From the NCBI GenBank assembly GCA_001600815.1, contig BCKZ01000008.1, positions 62,001 through 126,000 on the forward strand: a stretch of 64,000 bases of DNA, written 5' to 3'. Shown one piece after another: positions 13,401-23,230 of this stretch (its first letter is position 1; every line of letters begins with the position of its first letter). The translations under genes and the position numbers were made by a program. The notes beneath the pieces were generated by a model that was not told where the DNA came from, did not search any database, and saw only the letters and a program-made list of their open reading frames with translations. The DNA is from Alloascoidea hylecoeti (Eukaryota).

Positions 13401-16017
13401 ATCTGAAAAATTCTTCTAATATGGAGGATAATCGATCATGATATACTATGTCATTATCGTTGATGAACCACTCCAATAAGCCCCATCTGTCTATTATATT
13501 GTAGATAAAATGGTCAGGTTTAAAATTGTCTGACTCCCAGTTACATAATTGCATTTGAACCAAAAAAATATCCCTTTGATACCCATTAACGGCAAAATCA
13601 CCCTCCTGGTATTCAATCATTTGAGCACGCAAGTTGATGCCATTTCTGACCCAAAGACCACAACTTATTTGTGAACTAAACACAATTGACCTGAGTGCAT
13701 ACTCAGCTACTATAACAAGTGCATTCTTTGCAGTATTTTCACTCTCAGATACTTTTGTTGACAGAAATTCAGTGATAGAAATATCATATTTAGAGATAAA
13801 CCTTTCAATTAGGTAGGAAATATGGGTTCCAAATGTGTGGAACATACTCACCTTTTCTTTAGAAACATCATATTTAAATATCGAAATTTTTTGAGGAACT
13901 TTAGTGACTGTTTTGGATTTGTGATATTTCATTACAGACATATCAGTACTTTTATCTTCATCCTCGGTTGAATCAGCATACATATCTATAGCTTTGAAAA
14001 TTAGTTTCCTACAATTTTCTTCATCCAAGGTATCAATATAGCTAGCATTTCGAATAATTTCATATAGGAAATGAGATAATCCACGATATGTGAGAAGTTG
14101 AATCGATTCATAAAGTACATGTTCGCTTTGTCTTCTAATTACGGGATAAGTCCCCTGGAAAATCATTAAAATCTTAAATATCATGATATAATCTCTTGTG
14201 GCGATTGTTTTTATATGTGAACTTCTTTCAAGAATGAATCTAACATCGTTTAACATTTCACCAGATGCTCTTATAATTGTTTGGAGACGTTCTTTATCAG
14301 TTGATTCAAAACTCCAATTTCCGCTTGTATACACTAATGGATCGCAACTCGAAACCATACAACAGCATGCTTTAAGAATCAGACTAAAGGCTCCATATTC
14401 AACCATCTTGTTTGACAAGCTTGCACTAGTTAAAAGTTGAGCTGAAATATTTGACAATGGGCTTAATTCAGGTTCTCTCTCGCCAAACACAAGAATTGAA
14501 AACAGGATATGATATATTTCTAAATATTGGTAAGTAAAGAGCTCTTTATAACCAGGATTGGAACTTAGACCTATAAGACATAACTCATGCACCAGTGTTC
14601 TAGATGATTTAGTAAACCTAGGATCAAAATAACAAAATATTTGAAATCTGGAGTTATAAAAGTTAAGAGATTTTGATTCGGAAATGTAACTTTCTAGTAG
14701 ATCATTTGTTTCATCTAATTGATTGATACTTTTTAAGTAACCTGATTTATCAAAACTGGCATTGAATGATATATTTCCAAATTCGTGAGGGAGCTCTGTG
14801 TATGGGATTTTACCATCCTCAGTTAAAGCTCCAAGTTTAATAGTTTCTTCTATTAAATTAGATGAAATATATTCAGATACCCCCTGATTATTTTCATCAT
14901 GTTTGTATTTACCACATAGCAATTCGATAATCCTAGTTTTCATAAAGTTAGAGATTTTGGGGAGCGATGTATTAATACATTCTAATATCCATTGTAACAT
15001 GATAGTACACATTTCTTCCCTAAAATAATCCCTTGCGCTCATTATGGTAGCCACCAACTTCGTTCGATCTTTACACGAGTTTGCTCTTCTGCATAAATCC
15101 AGTAAATCAGTAGAAGTAGCCAGGACACACCTTCCTTGTATGTCAATAATTTGTGCTATATCTTTTGCTTTCTCTTCACTAGCACCAGTGATTGTCCTAA
15201 TTGCACTGGAAGCCTCATTAAAATTATGATACTCATCATTCCATAATATTAAAACAAAATCAGGGGAATTGGGATCTTCATAACCGTAAGTTGAAGGATT
15301 TAGACATTTAGAATCAGAATAATCTTCATAGAAATCAGAGTCGATGAACTCAGGAGAATCAGGATCAAGTTCAAATACTTTAACCATACGAATAATAAGA
15401 GGAAGATCAGATGTTGCCATTACATCTAATATATAATCAAGCATAACCTCCAATGTAGCATTAATTGATGCCTTAAGATCATCAGGGACATCCCATTCTT
15501 CCATCTTTTGCAGCTTGCAAGGAATATGTTTCTGATTCCATGCTTCATCATCTCCACAATCGCATATTCCGCTGTTCACCGATGATATTGATATTGAAAC
15601 ATTATGACCTTCATGTATTTCGGGATTGAAACAGTTTTCACAAATGACACAGGTATCATCAGTACCACAATCTTGGCAATGATACACAAGATCACCCGAA
15701 TTGAATTTTTTACCACATACACGACCTTCGTGTGATTGAGCACCAGTGTTTGGTTGATCAGCATAAACCCAGTATGGTATAATATAATGCTGTGAGTATT
15801 CTTCTACCATATTCCAAGTGGCTGGAAAAGTTGGTAATTGATCGGTAGCAGGTTCTGGGAAAAGCTGTGGTAGATAAGTTCCATCTTTTGATAATGAAAA
15901 ATACAAGATATTCTTTAAATGATTTATTTGTGGTCCTCGATGCTCAAACTTAAAATTATACTTCTTAGGAAGTTGGACAAGAAGTCTCTTCAAATTTGTG
16001 GTATCGTATGAAATCAT
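10429..16017 (-). CDS. UBR1: N-end rule E3 ubiquitin ligase (N-recognin)
   Basis: UBR box (HEGRVCG..YHCQDC..DDTCVICENCF..HEGH..CDCGDDEAW), ClpS-like segment (LILWNDEYHNF), GLWVRNG motif and RING-H2 (CGHGMHFKC..CPLC). The ORF track starts at a TTG (16053); the first ATG is at 16017. Confidence 0.9.
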   Translation of the reverse strand: MISYDTTNLKRLLVQLPKKYNFKFEHRGPQINHLKNILYFSLSKDGTYLPQLFPEPATDQLPTFPATWNMVEEYSQHYIIPYWVYADQPNTGAQSHEGRVCGKKFNSGDLVYHCQDCGTDDTCVICENCFNPEIHEGHNVSISISSVNSGICDCGDDEAWNQKHIPCKLQKMEEWDVPDDLKASINATLEVMLDYILDVMATSDLPLIIRMVKVFELDPDSPEFIDSDFYEDYSDSKCLNPSTYGYEDPNSPDFVLILWNDEYHNFNEASSAIRTITGASEEKAKDIAQIIDIQGRCVLATSTDLLDLCRRANSCKDRTKLVATIMSARDYFREEMCTIMLQWILECINTSLPKISNFMKTRIIELLCGKYKHDENNQGVSEYISSNLIEETIKLGALTEDGKIPYTELPHEFGNISFNASFDKSGYLKSINQLDETNDLLESYISESKSLNFYNSRFQIFCYFDPRFTKSSRTLVHELCLIGLSSNPGYKELFTYQYLEIYHILFSILVFGEREPELSPLSNISAQLLTSASLSNKMVEYGAFSLILKACCCMVSSCDPLVYTSGNWSFESTDKERLQTIIRASGEMLNDVRFILERSSHIKTIATRDYIMIFKILMIFQGTYPVIRRQSEHVLYESIQLLTYRGLSHFLYEIIRNASYIDTLDEENCRKLIFKAIDMYADSTEDEDKSTDMSVMKYHKSKTVTKVPQKISIFKYDVSKEKVSMFHTFGTHISYLIERFISKYDISITEFLSTKVSESENTAKNALVIVAEYALRSIVFSSQISCGLWVRNGINLRAQMIEYQEGDFAVNGYQRDIFLVQMQLCNWESDNFKPDHFIYNIIDRWGLLEWFINDNDIVYHDRLSSILEEFFRFLLNLIYERPNLYFRDTDEKNKYLLKRALINVLCHKPLSYSDLDDEIDNQLSKLKEHDEVLQEITNYIDPTGISDVGVFKLKPKYFEQIDPYSITNSQSNTEKALGLKTSYLAKKKLVKESEIVLTPKLLPLKDGPYEDLLTFTRFEEIWRFIVKVLTYDEEEILLTTGLFGYILEFCHIAAIEDEYWKRDHGYQSIVSQFMTKYTEKDTVLDVFMSVIKKDTYRSYQLKFKTIVKALLESSDHASVENLRIALKTNGLSSVHNSDGLDEVSKRKRIGEEQRRKVMEKFSNMQKAFLDNNNNVDDDDEDMASGEDGNGTLLDSIGECIVCKNPPNDDDLFGVVVYAMDTYLHKNIPMNDEGYWIFEGYGHSADLDCDIDCEIDDTVGNSAWQEVRTKLMKEKKSQNPGFPIENHKDNVKPSPQSIVTGCGHGMHFKCFQDYYQNNSDPMNWCLRRFVTDPQPIISCPLCKALATKFIPIFNVNSVVDFETITGRKENEDWNSGFDTTNQFVGDISLRKSKLQSCLGKLPKMLESSVPEGASDLERRNFYSRNEKFTHSIVSKDILGDRDKIVEYISNTIRSIEISLRGRPRSFMGTGVLTDNLTGSKLKILQAMTNYKLVIDLHSHGSTNKGAFSLILSENPFDSLVQDYFNTVGNFQTLCQFYLNIDIVRTGRFFIHLFTEPYNVSYFYLDATISDIPVNIDDFPDYNEDDISKLINIFLKYEPNKSTDSEFKFISDKLKTPNFFKVFYKLLYKSATQYLRQAAIFAYAQCSETWNKEILKLDLDDMEGDILCKILQMPRISQVISHILEEFTNGSSDTDNEGFSKVLDYDVDQIRVEYPGMYRLVPLQKRLDFYLSKQFRISTEQEKELIHDPERDFSICLQTGEKLEFIDKRVDEGGYSVHPNFKSEYGIHFVPKTDLIFIRCGVSNLRIKIPGPYLNSHGDHGNLRSDHLLYLSEKKYEKLRQLWLQHEFPALFSRNLAETILNLQ

Positions 16018-16196
16018 ATCTGATTGCTTAGATAACTTCTGATCTTTGCACAATATTTATATGTAACTAGAAGTTTTTGGTTATCCAATTCGGGGGTCAC
16101 CCGGACATCAATTGAGACAAGATAGTTAAAACTTCACTTATAATTTATCTTGATTAAGAGTATATTTATGTCTTTTATATCTTTTTAAATTATAAT

Positions 16197-17971
16197 ATGA
16201 GAGAAATCCCAGGGTTTTATTTTGGTATGTGGTATATTTGTTGTTCCTGAGTTTTCCTTGTTTTAAGTTTATTAACGTTAATGTTATAGATGAAGAACGA
16301 AATCGTTATTTTTGTATTACAACGAACAACAACACTTCTTCTTCCCTGGCAATTTCTTCTAGAACAAATACATCCAATGGCAGAAACAGAGTATCCCCAT
16401 CTGAGACATCAAGAGAAAGAAACAGGAGGAGGCAAAATCGACAGCTTGTGGATAATAATGGGAGAGGTGATGCAGATGAAGATGAAAATGAGGATGAATC
16501 GGGATCATCCTCAGGAACTAATACTCCTCCGTCTAGTCACAGAAGGCGGGTGTTAGTGAATAGAACAGAAAAGTACACATTAAGTGCTATAAGGTTGCAG
16601 ATGAAGGAAAAAGAACGATCTATAAGCCAACAGAAACAATCTGAAATTTTAAGGGTTAATAGGGATCCGTATCCCACAAGTACCTCCTATATGAGGGCGT
16701 TACTCACAAATCCATATTCACAGCTATCATCAGGTAAGATTGCTCATTTGTATAAACGAACATCCTTATCTCGATTTAAGCGACAACGGTTATGGATTAT
16801 AAAACCTTCAGATGTTGATAATCCGGTATATACGGCTGGATGTGATATTGAGTGCATGTCTATCGATAGAGAAGGTGGTGATCTTTTTATTGGAACAACA
16901 AATGGAATGGCAGATGCTATATCACTAAAAATTATTAAAGATAACGGCAGTACTTACTTACAAAATTCGAGAACGATAAAATCCTGGAATTCCCCTATAA
17001 CATCGATAAATGTTGGTATGGATAGAATGATCCTGTGTACTACATTAGGGGGTGAAGGCTCAAGTGGCAGTGCATTTGTTGGGAAAATAGATAAAAATGA
17101 GGAATCTGGTGTATTTTATGGACTTTCTACTAGGGTTGAATATGGCGCAAAGCATCACAAATCCATATTCTGCTCATCTATAGGAAATAATAACTCATTA
17201 ATATATGGCACTAGTAAGCAGGTCGTTGAAATAAACACCAGCAGAGATTATCACCGATTACAATTTAATACTGGTAGTGATGTATTAAGTGTTAAATTTA
17301 GAGGGGAAGGTACTAACTCTGTCCATAGTTTCTTCGCTGCCGGATGTAGGAATGGATTAATTCTTTTTTACGACACACGTCAAAGAGCAAGACAATTGAT
17401 ACCTCAACGAGAGATGACGTATATTAATCATGGGAGCACAGTAACAAACATGCAGTGGGTATCCTTAAATAATGAACCTACGAACAACTCCAATTACTTA
17501 TTAGTATCCGGATTGGGGGGGAAAATCAATCTATATGATATTAGAAATATAAAAAAAGACAATACCAATAATTTATTTTCTCATTTTGATCACAAATCTA
17601 GTATTCAAAATCTGGATCTAACTGAGTCAGTTATAAGTTATATGGGATATTATAATGATTATCTTATTAATCATGGATTTTCTGTTAGTCATGATGATCA
17701 GTATTTTGCAATTTCTACCTCGGATTCTATTGTTAAAATTTATGATATTTGGAATGGAGATGAAATTAAAACAAATATGGTAAATAATAAATTTGAAGAT
17801 ACCATTAAATCGTTATTATTTGATTACAGTTTTGAAGATAGTCAAAACTTTAGAGAAATGAATTCCGGATATAATGGTATTGATATATGCGAGAAAAATA
17901 GAAAAGAGGGTCTACTTGTTGGGCACGGAAGAACGTTAGAATACTGGGGCAGTACAAATATTTGGATTTAA
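16197..17971 (+). CDS. DCAF4/WDR21-like WD40 protein (Cul4-DDB1 substrate-receptor family); exons 16197-16224, 16290-17971
   Basis: Removing intron 16225-16289 (GTATGT..TATTAAC..TAG) gives MREIPGFYFDEERNRYF, the characteristic DCAF4/WDR21 N-terminal motif. It is followed by WD40 repeats with GCRNG..FYDTR and LYDIR (DxR motifs). Confidence 0.8.
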
Positions 17972-19178
17972 TGTTTTCAATTTCATAGTAGGATATTGAA
18001 TTATACAAAGGGAAGCTAACTTTTTCGAATTTTCATTCGCTGATCGTAATTTGGTGATTTAATTAAACCCATGTTCATCACCTATATCTCATAATAATCA
18101 TTCTTATAGTGAAATTCCAAAACACAGACTTTACTCACTATTTCATCTGAAATCATAAATTTAATGAAAGATGAGATACTCATTATAATATCGAATCTTT
18201 AATGTGTTTGAAAGAATAGTAATATATGGATAAAGGTATGTAACTGTAAATATGGAATAGATGTTGTTTATAGCTATAATATTAAAGTCAATGAAGTATT
18301 TCGTTAATGGACCAATATAATGCCTTCTCTTACTGCTTGTGTTTCGACCCAAAGATTTATAACTTATACAATGAGACTTTTCTACTCGGGGATTTATTAA
18401 GAACCTTCTTTCACTGAGGAGAGTTTAAAGAGGAATTAACTCAATGGCCGTAGCATTCAAAATATATAGGCGCTTCGCAAAAGTTGATTGTCATGGCCAG
18501 CATTTAACACTCACTTTGCTTATTTTCACTCCCCTTTTTCTTCTCTCAATGGGCCACATGTTACAGGCAACTTAATAGTCCCTCTGTCACATCTGTTTTT
18601 AATTGAATTGAGGTACTGAAGAGGAGGTGCACTCAGTTCATTACATGAGATGAGTTCAATGCCTGAAAAAATATACTTCTTTAATTTTGATATGTATATG
18701 TGCAGTCAAAGTCTAAAGTTAGGCTTCTTATCGAGTTTCCACGCCAAATATTATAACCAGATGCACATGCATATTAATTAGAGATGATACATCTGATAAG
18801 AAATGATCAAAATCTACAAGGATCACTTTTTTTTTTTTCTTTATTTTTTATTTTTTATTTTTTTTCATTTCCGATCTGCTTCCTCAGATAAAATCCTTGA
18901 TAATATTGGGTCTTTAGATCATTTAAATTCTGTAATTATTGGTTATTTCAACCGTGTTTGTGTTTGCGGGATGGCCGACGCATAAATAATAATAATTATA
19001 TAAGCATCTACCTTCTAGATTAGAACCTTTTTATCCCTTAATTATAAAATTGAATGTAAACTTAAAGAATAATATTGCTATCTATAAAATATAAGATAAA
19101 ATAACTCATCACAGCTGAATTATTGATAAATTTATATTTATATATTTACAGGTTAAAAGCTTAATCTAAATTCAAACA

Positions 19179-20294
19179 ATGTCTTCTTCCAAGAATTTTA
19201 ACATTCCCAAAACACAAAAAGTGATCAGATCATCGAACTATGGCCCCAATTTTGAGTTAAGAATTGATCATTACTACCCCGTTCCCGTTCCATTATCGAC
19301 ACAGGTTTTAGTTAAGTTGAGTTATACAGGAGTTTGCCATTCTGATTGGTCGGTATTAACAGGGGAGTGGGGATATGAACCAACTACTACCATCCCTGGA
19401 CATGAAGGTGTCGGAAGAGTAGTGCAGCTTGGGTCTGAGGTACCGAGCTCTGAGGCCTATATTGGAATGAAGGTTGGAGTTGCCTTAGTATCTAACCCAT
19501 GTGGAAGTTGCGAGAGTTGTCTGCAAAATGATGGTGAAGTTTTATGTCGAAAAACAAACAGTTCAACGAATTATGGATATTACGGAGAATTCAGAGACGG
19601 CACCTGGCAGCAATATGTAGTTGTTGAAAAAAATTATATCATTCCTGTACCAGAAGAATGTCCAGATGAATTGGTCGGGCCTGCTTTATGTGGAGGAGTT
19701 ACTGTTTATAAAGGCATCAAAAAGTCTGGTTTAAAAGCAGGTGAATGGCTTGTAATCCCAGGATGCGGTGGTGGTTTGGGATCCTTTGGAATTCAATTCG
19801 CAGTAGCTCGTGGATTACGTGTTATTGGAATAGATAATGGTTTAAAAAAAGATGTTTGCGAAAAGTTGGGGGTTGAACACTTCATTGACTTTACAAAGGT
19901 AAAGGATATCCCAAAAGAAATCCACAAGATTACAAGTATTGGAGCACATGGAGTTGTTGTTCTTGCTCCAATTAGTAAAATATATAATGAGGCATCAGAT
20001 TATTTAAGAGAACAGGGTACAATGGTATGTATTGGAATTCCTCCCTCGGAGGTTAAATTGTCGATATCCCTTGCTACAATCATTGAAAAGTGTTTGAACA
20101 TCAAAGGCTCATTGGTTGGTACAAGATCAGATATAATTGAAGCTCTGGATTTCGTTGCTCGTGGAAAAGTTACCCCTGTAGTCACAGTTTATCCAATGGA
20201 AGCTGCAAAGGAAGTACTAAACTTAATGAATTCAGGAAAACTTCATGGGAGAGGTGTACTTAAACTACTTGACAACAATGAAGCTAAATTATAA
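19179..20294 (+). CDS. Zn-dependent medium-chain alcohol dehydrogenase with C-terminal PTS1 (AKL)
   Basis: GVCHSD, GHEGVG, structural-Zn CGSCESC..C, LCGGVTVYK and GCGGGLG motifs; ends -EAKL. Confidence 0.9.
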   Translation: MSSSKNFNIPKTQKVIRSSNYGPNFELRIDHYYPVPVPLSTQVLVKLSYTGVCHSDWSVLTGEWGYEPTTTIPGHEGVGRVVQLGSEVPSSEAYIGMKVGVALVSNPCGSCESCLQNDGEVLCRKTNSSTNYGYYGEFRDGTWQQYVVVEKNYIIPVPEECPDELVGPALCGGVTVYKGIKKSGLKAGEWLVIPGCGGGLGSFGIQFAVARGLRVIGIDNGLKKDVCEKLGVEHFIDFTKVKDIPKEIHKITSIGAHGVVVLAPISKIYNEASDYLREQGTMVCIGIPPSEVKLSISLATIIEKCLNIKGSLVGTRSDIIEALDFVARGKVTPVVTVYPMEAAKEVLNLMNSGKLHGRGVLKLLDNNEAKL

Positions 20295-20454
20295 ACTGCG
20301 TATCAAAGCAATTACATGTTTAATGTTCATAATTATAAGTGTATTACTTAGAAATTTGGCTGTGATGAGATCATATCTCTATAGCTAACTATAAATTAGT
20401 CTATAATTTTAGTTATTGTACACTGTACAGACAAAAACATTATTAATATTTGCG

Positions 20455-20580
20455 GTACGAATGTTTGCAAAATCGATGTTAGCTTTTATGCATAAACCCA
20501 AAACAGTAATATGCACTCCTTCCAGGAACACCAAATACACCAAGATCTTAGGATTCTACCCTCTTAATATATCCACCTAT
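20455..20580 (+). mobile_element. Possible decayed L1-type reverse transcriptase fragment (late RT motifs)
   Basis: Translates as FAKSMLAFMHKPKTVI...YTKILGFY, resembling the non-LTR RT motifs GxxINxxKT..KYLG. Hand match only. Confidence 0.35.
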
Positions 20581-20739
20581 CGTATTTTCGCATGCAATTT
20601 AGGGCAGACTTAGCTCTATGACAGATTAGCTGTATGCGATTCAGATCTGCAGCACATGGCACTGGTTATTGTCATTCTCCATGGCTTTGTGTAGGTATCC
20701 ATCTCCTTTTGTGCTCATTTTCGGTATTTTGCACTATTG

Positions 20740-20820
20740 TTTTTTTTTTAACTTTTCATATATTTTCCAATTAAATTATATAACTAGAAATTATGTAAAT
20801 TCTGAGGAAATCTCTACTAT
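20740..20820 (-). mobile_element. Poly(A)-ended retroelement 3' end, copy 1
   Basis: The minus strand reads ATAGTAGAGATTTCCTCAGAATTTACATA..TTTAATTGGAAAATATATGAAAAGTT then A10. Clearly homologous to 23231-23327 (+). Confidence 0.65.
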
Positions 20821-20922
20821 TTATAGTGAAATAAAAACCTCTTTTTATATTCTTCTTATTTTTGTGTATTCTTGACACTCTTCTTTCTTCTCTTCTTATG
20901 AACCTAGACAACCTTAAAAGTA

Positions 20923-21360
20923 TTTTTTTTTTTTTATTAGATATTTTTAGTTTTTAGATATTAGAATCCCCTTATTAACTCATTTAATATTTGTGGTGTC
21001 CCTGCAAATCTAATATCTTTTCTTAGCTCTAGTGCCTTTTTGATAAATGCCCCATTTTTTTCTATATTGTTTTCTTTTGTATATTTAATTTATGATCAAT
21101 AATTTGATCCCAATTCTTTCTCTTCCTAACATAATCTTCTTTAGTATTCTTATTGTTGAGCAATCTTCAAATAGATGTAATATGTTGTCTTTACCTTGTT
21201 GAAATAAACTACAAATATCAGATTTTTGCCACTATTGTTTTGCATTTTTATTATGATGTAGCATATGAGTAACACATCCCAAGCAGAGCAAATGCATCTA
21301 TTGTGTCTCCTCAGGGTGTTCCAATTTTCATCTTTTAGTTCCGGAATTAACTGCATCTTT
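20923..21360 (-). mobile_element. 5'-truncated L1-clade non-LTR retrotransposon relic (ORF2 C-terminal zinc finger plus poly(A))
   Basis: The minus strand gives ENWNTLRRH..AWDVL, then ICSLFQQGKDNILHLFEDC (21216-21160; Cx2C..HLF..C-type finger with one Cys mutated TGT>TTT), then ..ELRKDIRF..IRGF* (stop 20963-20961). AATAAA then runs into A13 (20935-20923). The 5' boundary is approximate. Confidence 0.65.
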
Positions 21361-21413
21361 TTTTCTAAGAGGCTAGTGGATAGAATTGGTCTGGACCCAT
21401 TTGAAATGTATTA

Positions 21414-21487
21414 GGGCGTCTGGTGTAGTTGGTTATCACATTCGCTTAGCATGCGAGAGGTCCCCGGTTCGATTCCGGTGTCGTCCA
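21414..21487 (+). tRNA. tRNA-Ala (AGC)
   Basis: Cloverleaf GGGCGTC..GTCGTCCA with the G3:U70 Ala identity pair, anticodon loop TTAGCAT, TTCGATT T-loop and a downstream T-run terminator. Confidence 0.93.
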
Positions 21488-21749
21488 TTTTATATTTTTG
21501 GCCCCACGTGGATTGCATCTCCGAAATCCTCCTCTGTGGGCGGATTAGTTAAATCTTGTATCGGTCACAAATCGAAGCCTGCAGTAGTCGGTCCGATTTT
21601 CCCTTTTTTCTTAAAAAGCACGTGTATAAAATTGGATTTTGTAAAAATATACCAAAAATAATAAATATAAATTAATTATATGCATACTAATTTGTAAGAT
21701 GATAAAAAGAAATGAGAGAATATATTTGAATCAGAAAAAATAGTATATA

Positions 21750-22740
21750 TTAACCTTTTTCATTAATTGAGTTTTATTAACTAAAATTATCAAGTGGTAT
21801 ATTAATTATAAACTTTTATATATATGCACATATTTAAATACTATATTCTTAACCAAAAAATTGTGAGATAAAAAGAACCTAATATTCAGGCAAAAATTCC
21901 TACTACAATTGTAATAGGTTTACTCTTTCTTGAGTAATGTTGTTTTGTATTAGAGCATCATTCTAACTATTAATCAACCTTTTACCCAATCCTTAATACT
22001 GTTTATAGTAATCATGTGTAAACATCTTTCCTCCTTTTCTTTTCCGTAGTATATAAGTGATTGGGACCAAAGCTTTAAAACGTCTCTTTCAATCATCTTG
22101 GACCACTGTGACTCAGATAAACTTATACCCTGTTGATAATACTGTCTGTGATATTTTTTAACCAAGAAAACTGTTACCGCTCTTAATAGCAATGCAATTC
22201 TCTACCCTTGTCTACCCTTATGTTGAAAGTTAATGAGGGATTTTACTTTAATTTCCCTTTCATTTAGTTCTACTATCCTTTTAGCCATTGTACCATATTT
22301 TCTTGGTAATTTCACATTTAAAAAAAACATGTTCAAGTGACAATTCCAACTTGTTAATAACAGCACGGACAAAGTTTGTCTTTAATATTGTTATAAAAGT
22401 GTAAGTATGAATTAATTAACGGAAAGGTTGAAAATTATTTTGCAATTGTACTTAATGAAAATTAGTTGGTGACTTTTAATAACATTCTTTTTGAATTCAT
22501 CACATTTTCAAAAGACAGAAGTTTCTGGTCTGTATATGATTGATCTACATTTGGTGTCTTGCAGCTGTATATAGACTAAACAAGTAGTATATTATATCTG
22601 CATCTCTATATATTGCATGCAAGTTTATACCGATTAGTGCCTGAGTTTTGATGGTGAGTTTGCTTCCCCGACAAGGAATTCGAAGGCTTCCCTTTAAAAA
22701 AGAATTAAATACCTGGACCTGTTCTTCAGGTTCAGCAATG
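21750..22740 (-). mobile_element. 5'-truncated L1-clade non-LTR retrotransposon relic
   Basis: The minus strand gives KLCPCC, a frameshift, then LSLEHVFFKCEITKKIW (about 22380-22294), a typical L1 ORF2 C-terminal finger. GSLRIP..TQAL lies upstream (about 22695-22635) and the decayed ORF continues to 21974. The sequence near 21800-21750 weakly resembles the poly(A)-ended repeat. Boundaries approximate. Confidence 0.7.
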
Positions 22741-22824
22741 GAAGCCCTTTTTTTCTCTCTTTCAAGTGGCCGGAAAGGCCCTATTTTTTCGGCCCAATTC
22801 GACATGGCCAGATTGATAAAAATA

Positions 22825-22896
22825 TGAGTGGTGGGGGAATCGAACACCCGTCACTTGCTTGGAAGGCAGGTATGATAACCACTACACTAACCACCC
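22825..22896 (-). tRNA. tRNA-Gly (TCC)
   Basis: The minus strand reads GGGTGGTTAGTGTAGTGGTTATCATACCTGCCTTCCAAGCAAGTGACGGGTGTTCGATTCCCCCACCACTCA, with anticodon loop CTTCCAA and a T5 terminator just downstream. Confidence 0.9.
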
Positions 22897-22917
22897 TTGA
22901 CTTTTTTTATTAAAAAA

Positions 22918-23218
22918 CGTTATCCTCTGTTTTTCGTGTCCTATCATTATGCTCTGCCGCTATGCCCTTATGCCTTTATGTCTAGCTGTATACTAATTAT
23001 GCCACATCTGTTATGTCACACACACACAACTCTAGGTGTTATCTTCTCACATTACTGTGAACAATGCTGATTCTACTCTATGATCATTCGTAATCTCATG
23101 TGTTTTATGTAACCCGGATTTCTCTTACAACTATATAAACTCCAGTCTTAGTCTTAGTTTTCTAATAGATTAATTGCTTAAATTTCTCTGGATCAAGCTC
23201 ACACTTTGTACCCTCACA
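22918..23218. mobile_element. Probable solo LTR about 22 bp upstream of tRNA-Gly
   Basis: About 300 bp, from CGTTAT (degenerate TGTTAT) to ..CTCACA, with an internal TATATAAA. Flanks AAAAA/TAAAA give an imperfect 5-bp TSD. The position fits Ty3-like targeting. Confidence 0.4.
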
Positions 23219-23230
23219 TAAAAGAATAAT

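Noticed and set aside
3095..20294. Alternative CUG decoding (Ser or Ala)
   Set aside because: CTG falls at conserved hydrophobic/Leu positions (yapsin FKLGTP, ADH EALDF), consistent with the standard code.
21488..21610. GC-richer tract after tRNA-Ala as a fused 5S rRNA or second tRNA
   Set aside because: No 5S or cloverleaf signature, and a T-run terminator directly follows the tRNA.
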